Source of the DNA: Nitrospiraceae bacterium | Lineage (GTDB): Bacteria > Nitrospirota > Nitrospiria > Nitrospirales > Nitrospiraceae | DNA: 64,000 bases | NCBI GenBank assembly: GCA_046351095.1 | Contig: JAXLZC010000001.1 | Coordinates: 2,793,574-2,857,573 of the forward strand | Direction: 5' to 3' | Part shown: piece by piece, positions 9,000-18,584 of the stretch | Position numbering within the stretch: the stretch's first letter is position 1 | Layout of the letters: every line of letters starts with the position of its first letter | Program-made: the position numbers and the translations under genes | The notes under the pieces: model-generated | The model's input: the letters and a program-made list of their open reading frames with translations, nothing else | Database searches by the model: none | Told to the model about the DNA's origin: nothing

Positions 9000-9119
9000 G
9001 GAGTTGATGAGCGCCCTATTCCGATCCACAACTCGATGCGAACCCACTTCTAGCTGTCGGCGAGGTGGATCACGTACAATGCGCGGCGTTGCTCGGTCAG
9101 CACGACGGATAGAGAACGA

Positions 9120-10364
9120 TTGTCAGACTTTGATGACGGGAGCGCGTACGATATGGCGATAGAGGGAATTACGCAGCAGGTCAGCGAGCGGTATGCGCGC
9201 GCGGCGAGTACGGGCGAGCAGATGTGTTGCCCGACCAGCTACGACATGCGGCACTTAAAGACGTTTATCCCGGAGGAAGTGCTGAGTATTTCGTACGGGT
9301 GCGGCACGCCGGCGGGATTGGAGACGGTGCGGGCGGGTGAGACGGTGGTGGATATCGGTTCGGGCGGCGGCATCGACTGCTTCGAGGCGTCGCGATTGGT
9401 GGGGCCGTCCGGGCATGTGATCGGGATCGACATGACGGACACGATGTTGACCATCGCGCGCAAGCACGCGGGCGTCGTCGCGGAGAATCTCGGCTACCCG
9501 ACCAGCAACGTAGAATTCCGCAAGGGCATGGCCGATGCGATGCCGATCGAGGACGGCACGGCGGACCTGATCATCTCCAACTGCGTCATCAATCTCGCGC
9601 CGGATAAGCGTAAGGTCTTCCACGAAATGTTCCGCGTCGCCAAGGCGGGCGGACGGTTTACGATTTCCGACATCGTCGCGGATCAGCCCGTCCCGCAGTA
9701 TCTCGTGCACGATGCCGCAAAGTGGGGCGATTGTTTATCCGGGTCGTTGACGTTGGCAGACTATCTTGGGGGATTGGTGGAGGCGGGATTCCGGGGCGTG
9801 CATTTGCTGAAGTCGTCGCCCTGGCAGCGTATCGATGGCATTCACTTTTTCTCCGTGACGCTTACCGGCTACAAGTTGGATCGGAGCGCCGCGTTGGCCG
9901 AGTCCGCTGCGAGTAGCGCAGGTACGGCGCGATTCGCCACGTTGCGTGGACCGTTCAGCCGCGTCGTGGACGAAGACGGGCTCGAGTTTGTGCGAGGGGT
10001 GGCGCAGGCGATCACACCTGAGACGGCACAGCGGTTGATGTCGCCAGCCAGTGCGCCGCATTTCATTGTGTCCGACACACCGGTGAATTTGGGCGGTGAC
10101 GATGCACGCCGACACGCCGTGCTTCCCGCGGAGGCGCCTTGTGTCTGGGCCGGAGATTTTGCGTCGTTGGCTGGTCCGTTCCGTGAGGCGCAGGATGACG
10201 ACCACCATGTGTATCGGCGCGGCGAGCCGCTGGAGATTTGCTCGAAGACGCGCGCGGTGTTGGATCACGCGGGGTATGCGTCGCACTTTGTGATGTTGAA
10301 TCGCGCAAGTCAGCCGGTCGGCGGCGATGCGGTCGCCTGTGCGCCTACCGGTGGGTGTTGTTAG
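9120..10364 (+). CDS. arsM: SAM-dependent arsenite methyltransferase-like protein (ArsM, arsenosugar-cluster type) with about 150-aa C-terminal extension
   Basis: YGCGTPAGLETVRAGETVVDIGSGGGIDCF, IGIDMTDTML and ISNCVINLAPDK motifs. Cys-rich C-terminus (CAPTGGCC). TTG start. Confidence 0.75.
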   Translation: MSDFDDGSAYDMAIEGITQQVSERYARAASTGEQMCCPTSYDMRHLKTFIPEEVLSISYGCGTPAGLETVRAGETVVDIGSGGGIDCFEASRLVGPSGHVIGIDMTDTMLTIARKHAGVVAENLGYPTSNVEFRKGMADAMPIEDGTADLIISNCVINLAPDKRKVFHEMFRVAKAGGRFTISDIVADQPVPQYLVHDAAKWGDCLSGSLTLADYLGGLVEAGFRGVHLLKSSPWQRIDGIHFFSVTLTGYKLDRSAALAESAASSAGTARFATLRGPFSRVVDEDGLEFVRGVAQAITPETAQRLMSPASAPHFIVSDTPVNLGGDDARRHAVLPAEAPCVWAGDFASLAGPFREAQDDDHHVYRRGEPLEICSKTRAVLDHAGYASHFVMLNRASQPVGGDAVACAPTGGCC

Positions 10365-10367
10365 GAC

Positions 10368-11417
10368 TTGCCGATGCCGCCGCTGACGTTACTCGGTCGC
10401 CAGAGTCCGCTTGCCTCGTCCGACGAACAACTTCGCCGCTTGGCCGAGACCGACGCCTGTCCGCCGTTCGAATCCCAATTGGCGCAAGCCGGATTGTTCC
10501 CGCTGCAGGCGACCGGTATTCGTGTCCTCCAACTCAACGTCGGCAAACTGTGCAATCAATCCTGTCGGCATTGCCACGTCGACGCCGGTCCTGACCGTAC
10601 GGAGCAGATGTCGCGCGAAACGGCGGAGGCGTGCCTGGCCGCGCTGGCGCAGACGGATATCCCGACGGTGGATATCACCGGCGGCGCGCCGGAGCTGAAT
10701 CCGAATTTTCGGTGGATCGTCGAGCAGGCGCGCGCGCTCGGCCGCCATGTGATGGACCGCTGCAATTTGTCCGTGCTGTTGATTCCGTCGCAGCAGGACC
10801 TGGCCGAGTTCCTCGCGCAGCATCAGGTTGAGATCGTGGCGTCGCTGCCGTCCTATCGCGCCAGTCAAACCGATGCGCAGCGCGGCGACGGCATTTTCGA
10901 GAAGTCGATCGAAGGGCTCCAGCGGTTAAATGCGCTGGGCTACGGCACGGCGGGGAGCGGGCTCGCGCTGAACCTCGTCTACAATCCCGTCGGGGCGTTT
11001 CTGCCGCCGAAACAAGAGGCGATCGAAGCGCAGTTCCGCAAAGAGTTGCGCACCAAGTACGGCGTGGAGTTCACGTCGCTCTACACGATCACGAATATGC
11101 CGGTGAGCCGCTACCTCGAATGGCTGTTGGAGAGCGGGAATTACGAGGCGTACATGGAGCGCCTCGCGCAAGCGTTTAATCCTGCGGCGGCCGCCGGCGT
11201 GATGTGTCGCACGACGCTGTCGGTAGGTTGGGACGGCACGCTCTACGACTGCGACTTCAACCAAATGCTCGATCTCTCCGTGGACCACGGCGCACCGCGC
11301 CATATCCGCGATTTCGACCCCGCCAGACTCCAGCACCGCACGATCGTCACTCGCAACCATTGTTACGGGTGCACCGCCGGCTCCGGCTCCTCCTGCGGCG
11401 GCGCCGTCACGACGTAG
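10368..11417 (+). CDS. arsS: radical SAM/Cys-rich domain protein, arsenosugar biosynthesis ArsS type
   Basis: Radical SAM motif CNQSCRHCH. C-terminal Cys-rich motif CYGCTAGSGSSCGG. It lies immediately downstream of the arsM-like gene. Confidence 0.8.
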   Translation: MPMPPLTLLGRQSPLASSDEQLRRLAETDACPPFESQLAQAGLFPLQATGIRVLQLNVGKLCNQSCRHCHVDAGPDRTEQMSRETAEACLAALAQTDIPTVDITGGAPELNPNFRWIVEQARALGRHVMDRCNLSVLLIPSQQDLAEFLAQHQVEIVASLPSYRASQTDAQRGDGIFEKSIEGLQRLNALGYGTAGSGLALNLVYNPVGAFLPPKQEAIEAQFRKELRTKYGVEFTSLYTITNMPVSRYLEWLLESGNYEAYMERLAQAFNPAAAAGVMCRTTLSVGWDGTLYDCDFNQMLDLSVDHGAPRHIRDFDPARLQHRTIVTRNHCYGCTAGSGSSCGGAVTT

Positions 11418-11658
11418 CTACGCCGAGCGTTCCGCCCTTCACGATTGCGCCTGGCCGTGCTCGGCTCGGATGAACGCATCCGCTTTAGCCGGTAAGGCAA
11501 ATCATCGGGCGTTGTGCAGACCACTGTGATTATCCATATCGGTGCTGCTGAAGCTTCAGGTATCAGGTATAAGGCGCTGCTAACCCCCTTCCCTCTCGTG
11601 CGTTCTCTGTAGGAAACGAGTAGAGTGCCGGCAGAGTTTGACCCGGGATGGAGCTCCT

Positions 11659-12942
11659 ATGCGGGTGCTGGTCACAGGAGCACATGGGTTTCTCGGTACG
11701 CACCTCGTGCAGGCGTTGCACGGCGTCGGCCACGACGTCCTCTGCTGCGGACGCAACGCGGAGGCGCTGCGCAAAAAATTCCCTTCATGCTCGATACTCT
11801 CTGCAGATTTCTCCTCCGCCACACCCTATGACTGGGACGCCGCATTACGCGGCGTGTCGGTGGTCATCAATGCGGTCGGGATCATTCAGGAATCGGGCAG
11901 CCAGACATTCGAGGCCGTTCATCACCGAGCTCCAACGGCGTTGTTTCAGGCGGCCGAGCGCGTCGGGGTGCGACGGATCATCCATATTTCCGCTTTAGGT
12001 GCGGATGCCGACGCCGTCACGCCCTACCATCGCACGAAGCAAGCAGGGGACGACGCGCTCCGTGCCTTGAAACTGGATTGGGTGATTCTCCAGCCTTCGC
12101 TGGTTTACGGTGCCGGTGGGCGCAGTCATACATTCTTCTCGGCACTTGCCGCGCTCCCTGTCTTGGTTGTCCCCGGCCGTGGCGATCAACCGATACAGCC
12201 GGTTCACGTAGAGGATCTTACTGCCGGGATCGTTCGGCTCGTCGATCTGCAGGCTCCCAGCCGGATGACCATTCCCGTCGTCGGACCGGAGCCGGTCACC
12301 TATCGACATTTTCTCGCCGGCATCCGTGCCTGGTTGGGTTTACGTCCCAGCACCACCCTGTCCATGCCGATGGTATGTATGCGCGTCGTGAGCCGAGTGG
12401 GAGATGTCTGCAAATCGCCTTTCGTCAATTCCGGGACACTTTCTATGCTGTGCCGCGGCAATGTGGCCGACCCAAGCGCATTTTCTACGGCCACAGGAAT
12501 TCGCCCGCGCACGCTTGCGGAAGGGCTTCCTCCACATGGTGCCGACTACGGGACGTTCGCAGCGGCCTGCCTCTACTTTTTGCTCCCGGCGCTTCGGGGC
12601 AGTCTCGTTGCCGTATGGATAGGGTCTGGTCTCGTCAGCCTGTTCGCGTTTCCGATTGAAACCAGCGAGGGTTGGCTGCGGCAGGTCGGTATTCCAGAAG
12701 CGTTGACCAGACCGACTTTAGTCGTGGCTTCTGCACTCGATATCACGTTGGGTCTTGCCCTCGGGGTGCGTTGGCGAGTGGGGCTCGTCCTCGCCGTGCA
12801 ATTCGCGTTGACGCTCGGCTTTACGGTGGTGCTCACGCTGAGTATGCCGGAGTGGTGGGCGCATCCCTTCGGTCCGCTGCTCAAGAACCTGCCGCTGTTG
12901 GCGGCGACGTGGCTGTTGTGGGCCTTGGAGCGGCGCACATGA
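11659..12942 (+). CDS. NAD(P)-dependent epimerase/dehydratase (SDR) fused to a DoxX-like membrane domain
   Basis: MRVLVTGAHGFLGTHLV Rossmann motif. The C-terminal ~130 aa has several hydrophobic helices. The start was trimmed to the ATG at 11659. Confidence 0.7.
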   Translation: MRVLVTGAHGFLGTHLVQALHGVGHDVLCCGRNAEALRKKFPSCSILSADFSSATPYDWDAALRGVSVVINAVGIIQESGSQTFEAVHHRAPTALFQAAERVGVRRIIHISALGADADAVTPYHRTKQAGDDALRALKLDWVILQPSLVYGAGGRSHTFFSALAALPVLVVPGRGDQPIQPVHVEDLTAGIVRLVDLQAPSRMTIPVVGPEPVTYRHFLAGIRAWLGLRPSTTLSMPMVCMRVVSRVGDVCKSPFVNSGTLSMLCRGNVADPSAFSTATGIRPRTLAEGLPPHGADYGTFAAACLYFLLPALRGSLVAVWIGSGLVSLFAFPIETSEGWLRQVGIPEALTRPTLVVASALDITLGLALGVRWRVGLVLAVQFALTLGFTVVLTLSMPEWWAHPFGPLLKNLPLLAATWLLWALERRT

Positions 12943-13433
12943 TTGAGCTGGCCTCGGTGACGAATCTCTATCTGTGGGTGAAGACGTTCCACATGATTGG
13001 GGCTTCGGTCTTGTTGGGAACCGGATTCGGCAGTGCGTTCTTCAAGTGGCACACCGACCGAACCGGCGATCTGTCGTCGATCGTTTTCGTATCCAAAACC
13101 GTCGTGTTGGTGGATAAGATTTTCACCACTCCCGCGGTGGTTCTCCAGTTTTCCACCGGGATTGCCATGGTGTGGATGGGTGGGTATGCATTGACGCAGG
13201 CGTGGCTGAGCCTGGCGCTTGGATTGTTCATTTTTATCGGAGCCTGTTGGCTCCCGGCCGTCTACATTCAGATGCGCTGTCGCGACCTCGCCGTGGAGGC
13301 GCAACGAGCCGGCGCTCCGCTGCCTCCGGATTATCGCCGACTTTCCCGGATCTGGTTTTGGCTCGGGGCGTGCGGCTTCACAGCGATATGGATTGTGGTG
13401 GGATTGATGATCATGAAACCACACTGGGTCTGA
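12939..13433 (+). CDS. DUF2269-like integral membrane protein
   Basis: ATG at 12939 overlaps the preceding stop (ATGA). Begins MIELASVTNLYLWVKTFHMIGASVLLG and has four predicted hydrophobic helices. Confidence 0.6.
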   Translation: MIELASVTNLYLWVKTFHMIGASVLLGTGFGSAFFKWHTDRTGDLSSIVFVSKTVVLVDKIFTTPAVVLQFSTGIAMVWMGGYALTQAWLSLALGLFIFIGACWLPAVYIQMRCRDLAVEAQRAGAPLPPDYRRLSRIWFWLGACGFTAIWIVVGLMIMKPHWV

Positions 13434-13523
13434 CCGAAGCACGCCACATCACTCGCCTCCCATCTTGCGGTTGATCGGCTTCGCGACGATTGATCACAAT
13501 GATCGTGCGTACTATCGTGCGGC

Positions 13524-16355
13524 ATGACCGAATCGCCGCATCGATCGATGGCTTCCACTTCCTCCACATCGTCGGCTCGTCCTTGGCAGTGGCTGGTCCA
13601 TGCCTGCGCTGAGCCGCTTCGGACGGATGCTGTCCGCGGGTTGACTGCGGACGAGGCGGCGCGCCGCTTGGCGGCAAACGGGCCGAACGAATTGCCTGCG
13701 TCCAGCGGCCCGTCAGTGCTGGCGTTGCTGCGCGCGCAGTTTTCCAATCTGATCGTCTGGGTGTTGATCGGTGCGGCGGCTCTCTCGGGCTTGCTGAAAG
13801 ATTGGGTGGACGCGGCGGCCATCCTCACTATCGTCGTCCTCAACGCAATCCTTGGATTCGTCCAGGAGTGGCGCGCGGAGCAGTCGTTGGCGGCGCTTCG
13901 TACGATGGTGGTTGCCAAGGCGCATGTCATCCGGGACGGCGCGATGCATGCGGTGCCGGCGCATGAGTTGGTCCGCGGCGATCTCCTCCAGCTTGAAGCA
14001 GGCGATCGCGTTCCCGCCGATGCGCGTCTGATCTACACCACCAATTTTCATACGCAGGAAGCGTCGCTGACCGGCGAATCCACGCCAGTGCAAAAAAGCG
14101 AGGCGCCGCTTTCGCAAGTCGAGCTTCCGTTGGCGGAGCGTGCGAATCTTGTGTTCATGGGGACGGTGGCGGTGTCGGGCAAGGCCCGCGCACTTGTCGT
14201 CGAAACGGGCCTTCGTACGGAGCTGGGCAAAATCGCCACGTTGATGCAGGAGGCAGAACGATCGGAGCGCAGCGAGACGCCGCTGCAACGGCGCTTAGAG
14301 CGTTTTGGGGTGACGCTGCTCTGGCTTGCGTTGGCCGTGGTGGCGGCGGTCTTCGGCTTGGGGTTGCTGCGTGGCGAGCCGCTGGTGGACATGTTTCTCA
14401 CGGCAGTGAGTTTGGCGGTGGCGGCCGTGCCGGAAGGGCTCACGGCCGTCGTGACGATCACGCTGGCGCTCGGGGTGACTCGGATGGCGTCGCGCCATGC
14501 CCTGATCCGTAAACTCCCTGCAGTGGAAACGCTAGGATCGGCGACGGTCATTTGCACGGACAAGACCGGGACACTCACAAAAAACGAAATGACGGTCACG
14601 TCGTTGTGGCTCGACGGGCGCGAGTTCGACGTCACGGGCGAAGGGTACATCCCTGAGGGAACCATTCGCGAGCTGGGTGCGACGCAGTCGGCGTCCGACG
14701 GAGCCTGGCGCGAGTTGTTGACTGCCGGTGTGCTTTGCAACGGAGCGACGTTGGAAGAGGCGGACGGGCGGTGGCGTATTCTCGGCGATCCGACGGAAGG
14801 TGCGTTGCTGGTGGCGGCGGCAAAGGTCGGACTCACGGCCGAGGCGCTCCAGGCCACACATATGTTTCTCGGCGAAGTGCCGTTCGATCCCGAACGCAAA
14901 CGCATGACGGTCGTGCGACAGGCGCCGCATGGGCCGAGCGCATACGTCAAAGGTGCGCCGGATGTGGTGCTCCGCCTGTGTGCGCAACAGCTCACGGCGG
15001 ATGGGCGCCTTGAACCCTTCACCGAGGCGGCGCGCGATGCGGCGCTGCGCGCCAACAGCGAGTATGCCCATCGTGCGTTACGTGTGTTGGCACTGGCGCA
15101 GCGGTCGTTATCGCAGCCACCGACGACCTACAGGGCGGAAGCTGTCGAAACAGAGTTGGTGTTTCTTGGGTTGGCGGCCATGCAGGATCCGCTTCGGGTG
15201 GAGGCGAAACTCGCGGTTGCGGAATGTCGCGATGCGGGTATCCACACCGTGATGATTACGGGGGATCACAAGGACACGGCGCTCGCGATTGCACAGGAGC
15301 TCGGTATCGTCGGGCCGGATGCGACGCAAGTGAGTGGTAAGGTCGAGAGTGACGCGCGGGCCTTGTCGGGCCTGGATCTCGATCGTCTGTCTGAACGTGA
15401 GCTCGGCGAACGCGTCGAGCGGGTGCACGTCTATGCGCGTGTGTCCGCCGAACACAAATTGCGCATCGTACAGGCGTGGAAGGCGCGTGGTGCGGTCGTC
15501 GCAATGACGGGCGACGGCGTGAACGACGCCCCGGCGATCAAGGCTGCCGATATCGGTGTTGCGATGGGGCAAACAGGCACGGATGTGACGAAGGACGCCG
15601 CCGACATGGTGGTGACCGACGACAACTTCGCGTCCATTGCGGCGGCGGTCGAAGAAGGGCGCGGGATCTTCGACAACATTCGGAAGACCGTGCAGTTTTT
15701 GTTGTCGTGTAATGTCAGCGAAGTGTTCGTGATGCTCTGCGCCGCGGTGTTCGGCTGGCCGCTGCCGCTGTTGCCGATTCAAATTTTATGGATGAACCTT
15801 GTGACGGACGGATTCCCCGCGCTGGCGCTGGCGGCCGATCCCAAGGCGCCGGACTTGATGCGCCGCCGCCCACGCCGGCCGGACGCGCCGTTGCTGAACC
15901 GTCGACGCCTGGTTCTTATTGCCGGGCAAGGGGCCGTCCTGGCAACGGTGGCGCTCGCGGCGTTTGGATATTCGCTGTACGTGCGTGGAGATTCGATCGA
16001 CGTGGCCCGCACCGTCGCGTTCAGCGCCATGGTCGTCGCGCAGCTGGTGCACGCGTTTAATAGCCGGAGCGAACGTGTCTCGATCCTACGACTCGGGTTC
16101 TTCAGCAATCCGTCGCTCCTGCTGGCCGTGAGCGTATCGTTGGCCGCGCACATACTCATTCTCACCGTCCCGGCCGCGTCGGCAGTCTTTAAGGTCGTGC
16201 CGCTTCCGTTCGACGATTGGCTGGCGATCGGATTAGCCGGGCTTGCGCCGCTGGTGTTGATGGAAGCACAGAAGGTGTTCGCACGGCGGGTGAGGAAAGG
16301 CATGCGCGAAGGGATAACGCCGGTCGATCGCGTTCGCGGAAAGATGCATACGTAA
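13524..16355 (+). CDS. cation-transporting P-type ATPase (type IIA, Ca2+/Mg2+-like)
   Basis: 943 aa with TGES, CTDKTGTLT and TGDGVNDAPAIK motifs and 10-TM-like topology. Confidence 0.9.
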   Translation: MTESPHRSMASTSSTSSARPWQWLVHACAEPLRTDAVRGLTADEAARRLAANGPNELPASSGPSVLALLRAQFSNLIVWVLIGAAALSGLLKDWVDAAAILTIVVLNAILGFVQEWRAEQSLAALRTMVVAKAHVIRDGAMHAVPAHELVRGDLLQLEAGDRVPADARLIYTTNFHTQEASLTGESTPVQKSEAPLSQVELPLAERANLVFMGTVAVSGKARALVVETGLRTELGKIATLMQEAERSERSETPLQRRLERFGVTLLWLALAVVAAVFGLGLLRGEPLVDMFLTAVSLAVAAVPEGLTAVVTITLALGVTRMASRHALIRKLPAVETLGSATVICTDKTGTLTKNEMTVTSLWLDGREFDVTGEGYIPEGTIRELGATQSASDGAWRELLTAGVLCNGATLEEADGRWRILGDPTEGALLVAAAKVGLTAEALQATHMFLGEVPFDPERKRMTVVRQAPHGPSAYVKGAPDVVLRLCAQQLTADGRLEPFTEAARDAALRANSEYAHRALRVLALAQRSLSQPPTTYRAEAVETELVFLGLAAMQDPLRVEAKLAVAECRDAGIHTVMITGDHKDTALAIAQELGIVGPDATQVSGKVESDARALSGLDLDRLSERELGERVERVHVYARVSAEHKLRIVQAWKARGAVVAMTGDGVNDAPAIKAADIGVAMGQTGTDVTKDAADMVVTDDNFASIAAAVEEGRGIFDNIRKTVQFLLSCNVSEVFVMLCAAVFGWPLPLLPIQILWMNLVTDGFPALALAADPKAPDLMRRRPRRPDAPLLNRRRLVLIAGQGAVLATVALAAFGYSLYVRGDSIDVARTVAFSAMVVAQLVHAFNSRSERVSILRLGFFSNPSLLLAVSVSLAAHILILTVPAASAVFKVVPLPFDDWLAIGLAGLAPLVLMEAQKVFARRVRKGMREGITPVDRVRGKMHT

Positions 16356-16463
16356 AAATACCTTGCAGTAGGCGTACTTGACAGGGTCGGCCTCGGCTCA
16401 CTAGGCTACACTGTTTGTCGGGCTCTGACTCTGTCCGGCGTCGATGGCGGGTGTGGAGAGACC

Positions 16464-18584
16464 ATGCGCGAGGTGTTTGCTCAGCGGTGGGATCGGCTGG
16501 CTATCCGGAAAAAAGTCTGGGTCGTCGTTCTCCTCATCCTCGGGCCGCTGGTCGGGCTGCTCATCCTGCATCTTTCGCTTGTTCGCGATCTTCTCGCCAC
16601 ACAAGATAGTCGCCATCGCATCATGCTCGCGCGCGAGCAGATTAAAGACGTGCGCCGTCTCGTCGCGGACATCGAAGACGGGTTCCGCGCCTATCTCCTT
16701 ACCAACGATCAGACATTGTTGCTGCCGGTCGCAGAGGCCGAGCGCCGCGTGGCCGGGGTGTTGGCGCAGGCGACGCCGCTACTGGACGATGTGGACGAGG
16801 GGCGCCATGCCCTCGTCGGGATCGGTGTGCAGATTCAAGAATTGTCCCGCTCGAAACATGCGCTGCTCGAACAGGTGCGGCTGGGGCACGAGGGCGCGTT
16901 GCTCGAGTATGTACGCTCGGGACAGGGACTGCAAAAGTCCAGCGATGTGCGAATGGCATTGCGCGCCGTAGAAGATCGGTTGGATGCGCAAGTGCGTCGG
17001 TTGCAGGCGCGTGCGGTGACGATCTCGACTTGGGCTTTCTGGGGGCTGTTAGGCGCAGCGACGGCGGCGGTGTTGTTGGGAGTGGCTGCCATTCGACAAT
17101 TGACGCGGTCGATCACGCGCCCGCTGGATACGGTACGCACGAGCGTCATGCAATTTTCCCAAGCCGGCGATCAACGCGCGCGCGCGCCGCTTCGGACCAT
17201 TCAATCGGGCGACGAGTTGGGCGATCTGGCGCGTTCGTGTGAGCAGATGATGGGGCGGATCACCGCCGACCTGCGCGAATTGGAGGCCCTTCATGACGTC
17301 GGCGTCGATGTCGCGACGTTGCAGCCGGACGGGCTCGACGCCGTCGTACAACGGATCGCCGATCACGCGGAACGACTGTTGGGCGCCGATGTCTGTTTGA
17401 TCCTCAGCCGCAACCAGACCATGGCCTGCTGGATCGTGGAGGCGGCGTCCGGCGAAGCGGCGGATCGGCTTCGCAAGACCGTCATGTTGTGGGAAGAGTT
17501 GCCGCTGTCCGTGCAAGCGTTCGAGAGTGGGAAAGTCGTGGTCGGCGAACGGTTGCGTCAGGATGCGCGGCCGGAGTTGATGCGGCGCAATTTGATCGGC
17601 GACAGCATGCTGGCGGTGCCGCTGCTCTCGCAGGGGACGCCGTTCGGCGTCATGGCGTTGTTGTCGGAGCGGACCATCGCGAAGGCGGACTGGAACGTAC
17701 GCATGGCGGAAAGTTTGGCTGGCGCCGCGGCGGTGGCCATGATGAACGCGCGTTTGTACGAAGCCACGCATCGCAAGGAGCAGCAGACCAGGAAGCGGCT
17801 GCATCAATTGGAGCAGCTCGGCGAAACGCTGGCGCACGATCTCAAGAGTCCCGCCGAACGCATGGCTGGGTTGGTGTCGCTCTTGCGGGTCGAATTGATG
17901 GGCTCGATGACCGAGCGCGCGCAACGTCTGCTGGATTTGATCGCGCAAAACGGCTGGGCGCTGGGGCAACGTGTGGAGCAGATTTTAGCGCTGGCGCGTG
18001 TGGGCGGGCGGCAGGAAGCGTTGGAGGCGGTCGATCCGAATGCCGTGTGGGATGAAATTCTCCAGGCGCGTGCCGCCGAGATCGACGCCGGTTCGATCCG
18101 CATCGACCGCGAGCGAGGGTTGCCGCCGGTTGCCTGTCCGCGTGCGTATGTCTACCAGGTTTTAGACAATCTCCTATCCAACGCCGTGAAGTTTGTGCGC
18201 GGCTGTCCCGATCCCCACATCCGAATCGACGGCGGACGCGATAGCGGTCGGGCCTGGTTCCGCGTGGCCGACAACGGCGTGGGGGTTCCGGCGTCGCAGC
18301 GCGAACGCATTTTCGATCCCTTTGTGCGGCTGAATCCCGACGGTCCGGAGGGCACCGGCATCGGCCTTGCGATCGTGCGTCGTATCGTCGAGTTGTACGG
18401 CGGCACTGCGCTGGTCGAGCCGGACCATACGCCCGGCTGCGCCGTGCGCGTCACCTTGCCGCTCATCGCGTGGTTGCGTGACGGCGTCGAGCGACACGAG
18501 GCGCCCGCGCCCGCTCATTATGTTCCACCGGATGCGGCTCTCGGCGTAGAGGCCGCAGTCCCGACGCTTCCGACGAGGTCTTGA
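16464..18584 (+). CDS. sensor histidine kinase (CHASE3-like N-terminus, HAMP, GAF, HisKA, HATPase)
   Basis: H-box LAHDLKSPA. N and G boxes NLLSNAVKF, DNGVGV and GTGIGLAIV. Central GAF-like region. Confidence 0.85.
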   Translation: MREVFAQRWDRLAIRKKVWVVVLLILGPLVGLLILHLSLVRDLLATQDSRHRIMLAREQIKDVRRLVADIEDGFRAYLLTNDQTLLLPVAEAERRVAGVLAQATPLLDDVDEGRHALVGIGVQIQELSRSKHALLEQVRLGHEGALLEYVRSGQGLQKSSDVRMALRAVEDRLDAQVRRLQARAVTISTWAFWGLLGAATAAVLLGVAAIRQLTRSITRPLDTVRTSVMQFSQAGDQRARAPLRTIQSGDELGDLARSCEQMMGRITADLRELEALHDVGVDVATLQPDGLDAVVQRIADHAERLLGADVCLILSRNQTMACWIVEAASGEAADRLRKTVMLWEELPLSVQAFESGKVVVGERLRQDARPELMRRNLIGDSMLAVPLLSQGTPFGVMALLSERTIAKADWNVRMAESLAGAAAVAMMNARLYEATHRKEQQTRKRLHQLEQLGETLAHDLKSPAERMAGLVSLLRVELMGSMTERAQRLLDLIAQNGWALGQRVEQILALARVGGRQEALEAVDPNAVWDEILQARAAEIDAGSIRIDRERGLPPVACPRAYVYQVLDNLLSNAVKFVRGCPDPHIRIDGGRDSGRAWFRVADNGVGVPASQRERIFDPFVRLNPDGPEGTGIGLAIVRRIVELYGGTALVEPDHTPGCAVRVTLPLIAWLRDGVERHEAPAPAHYVPPDAALGVEAAVPTLPTRS

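Noticed and set aside
6888-9002. Short inverted match TCCGACCCC (6888-6896) / GGGGTCGGGA (8993-9002) near the two island edges, considered as terminal inverted repeats.
   Set aside because: It is only about 9 nt with an indel, it is not at clear composition boundaries, and no transposase is present. It is compatible with chance in GC-rich DNA.
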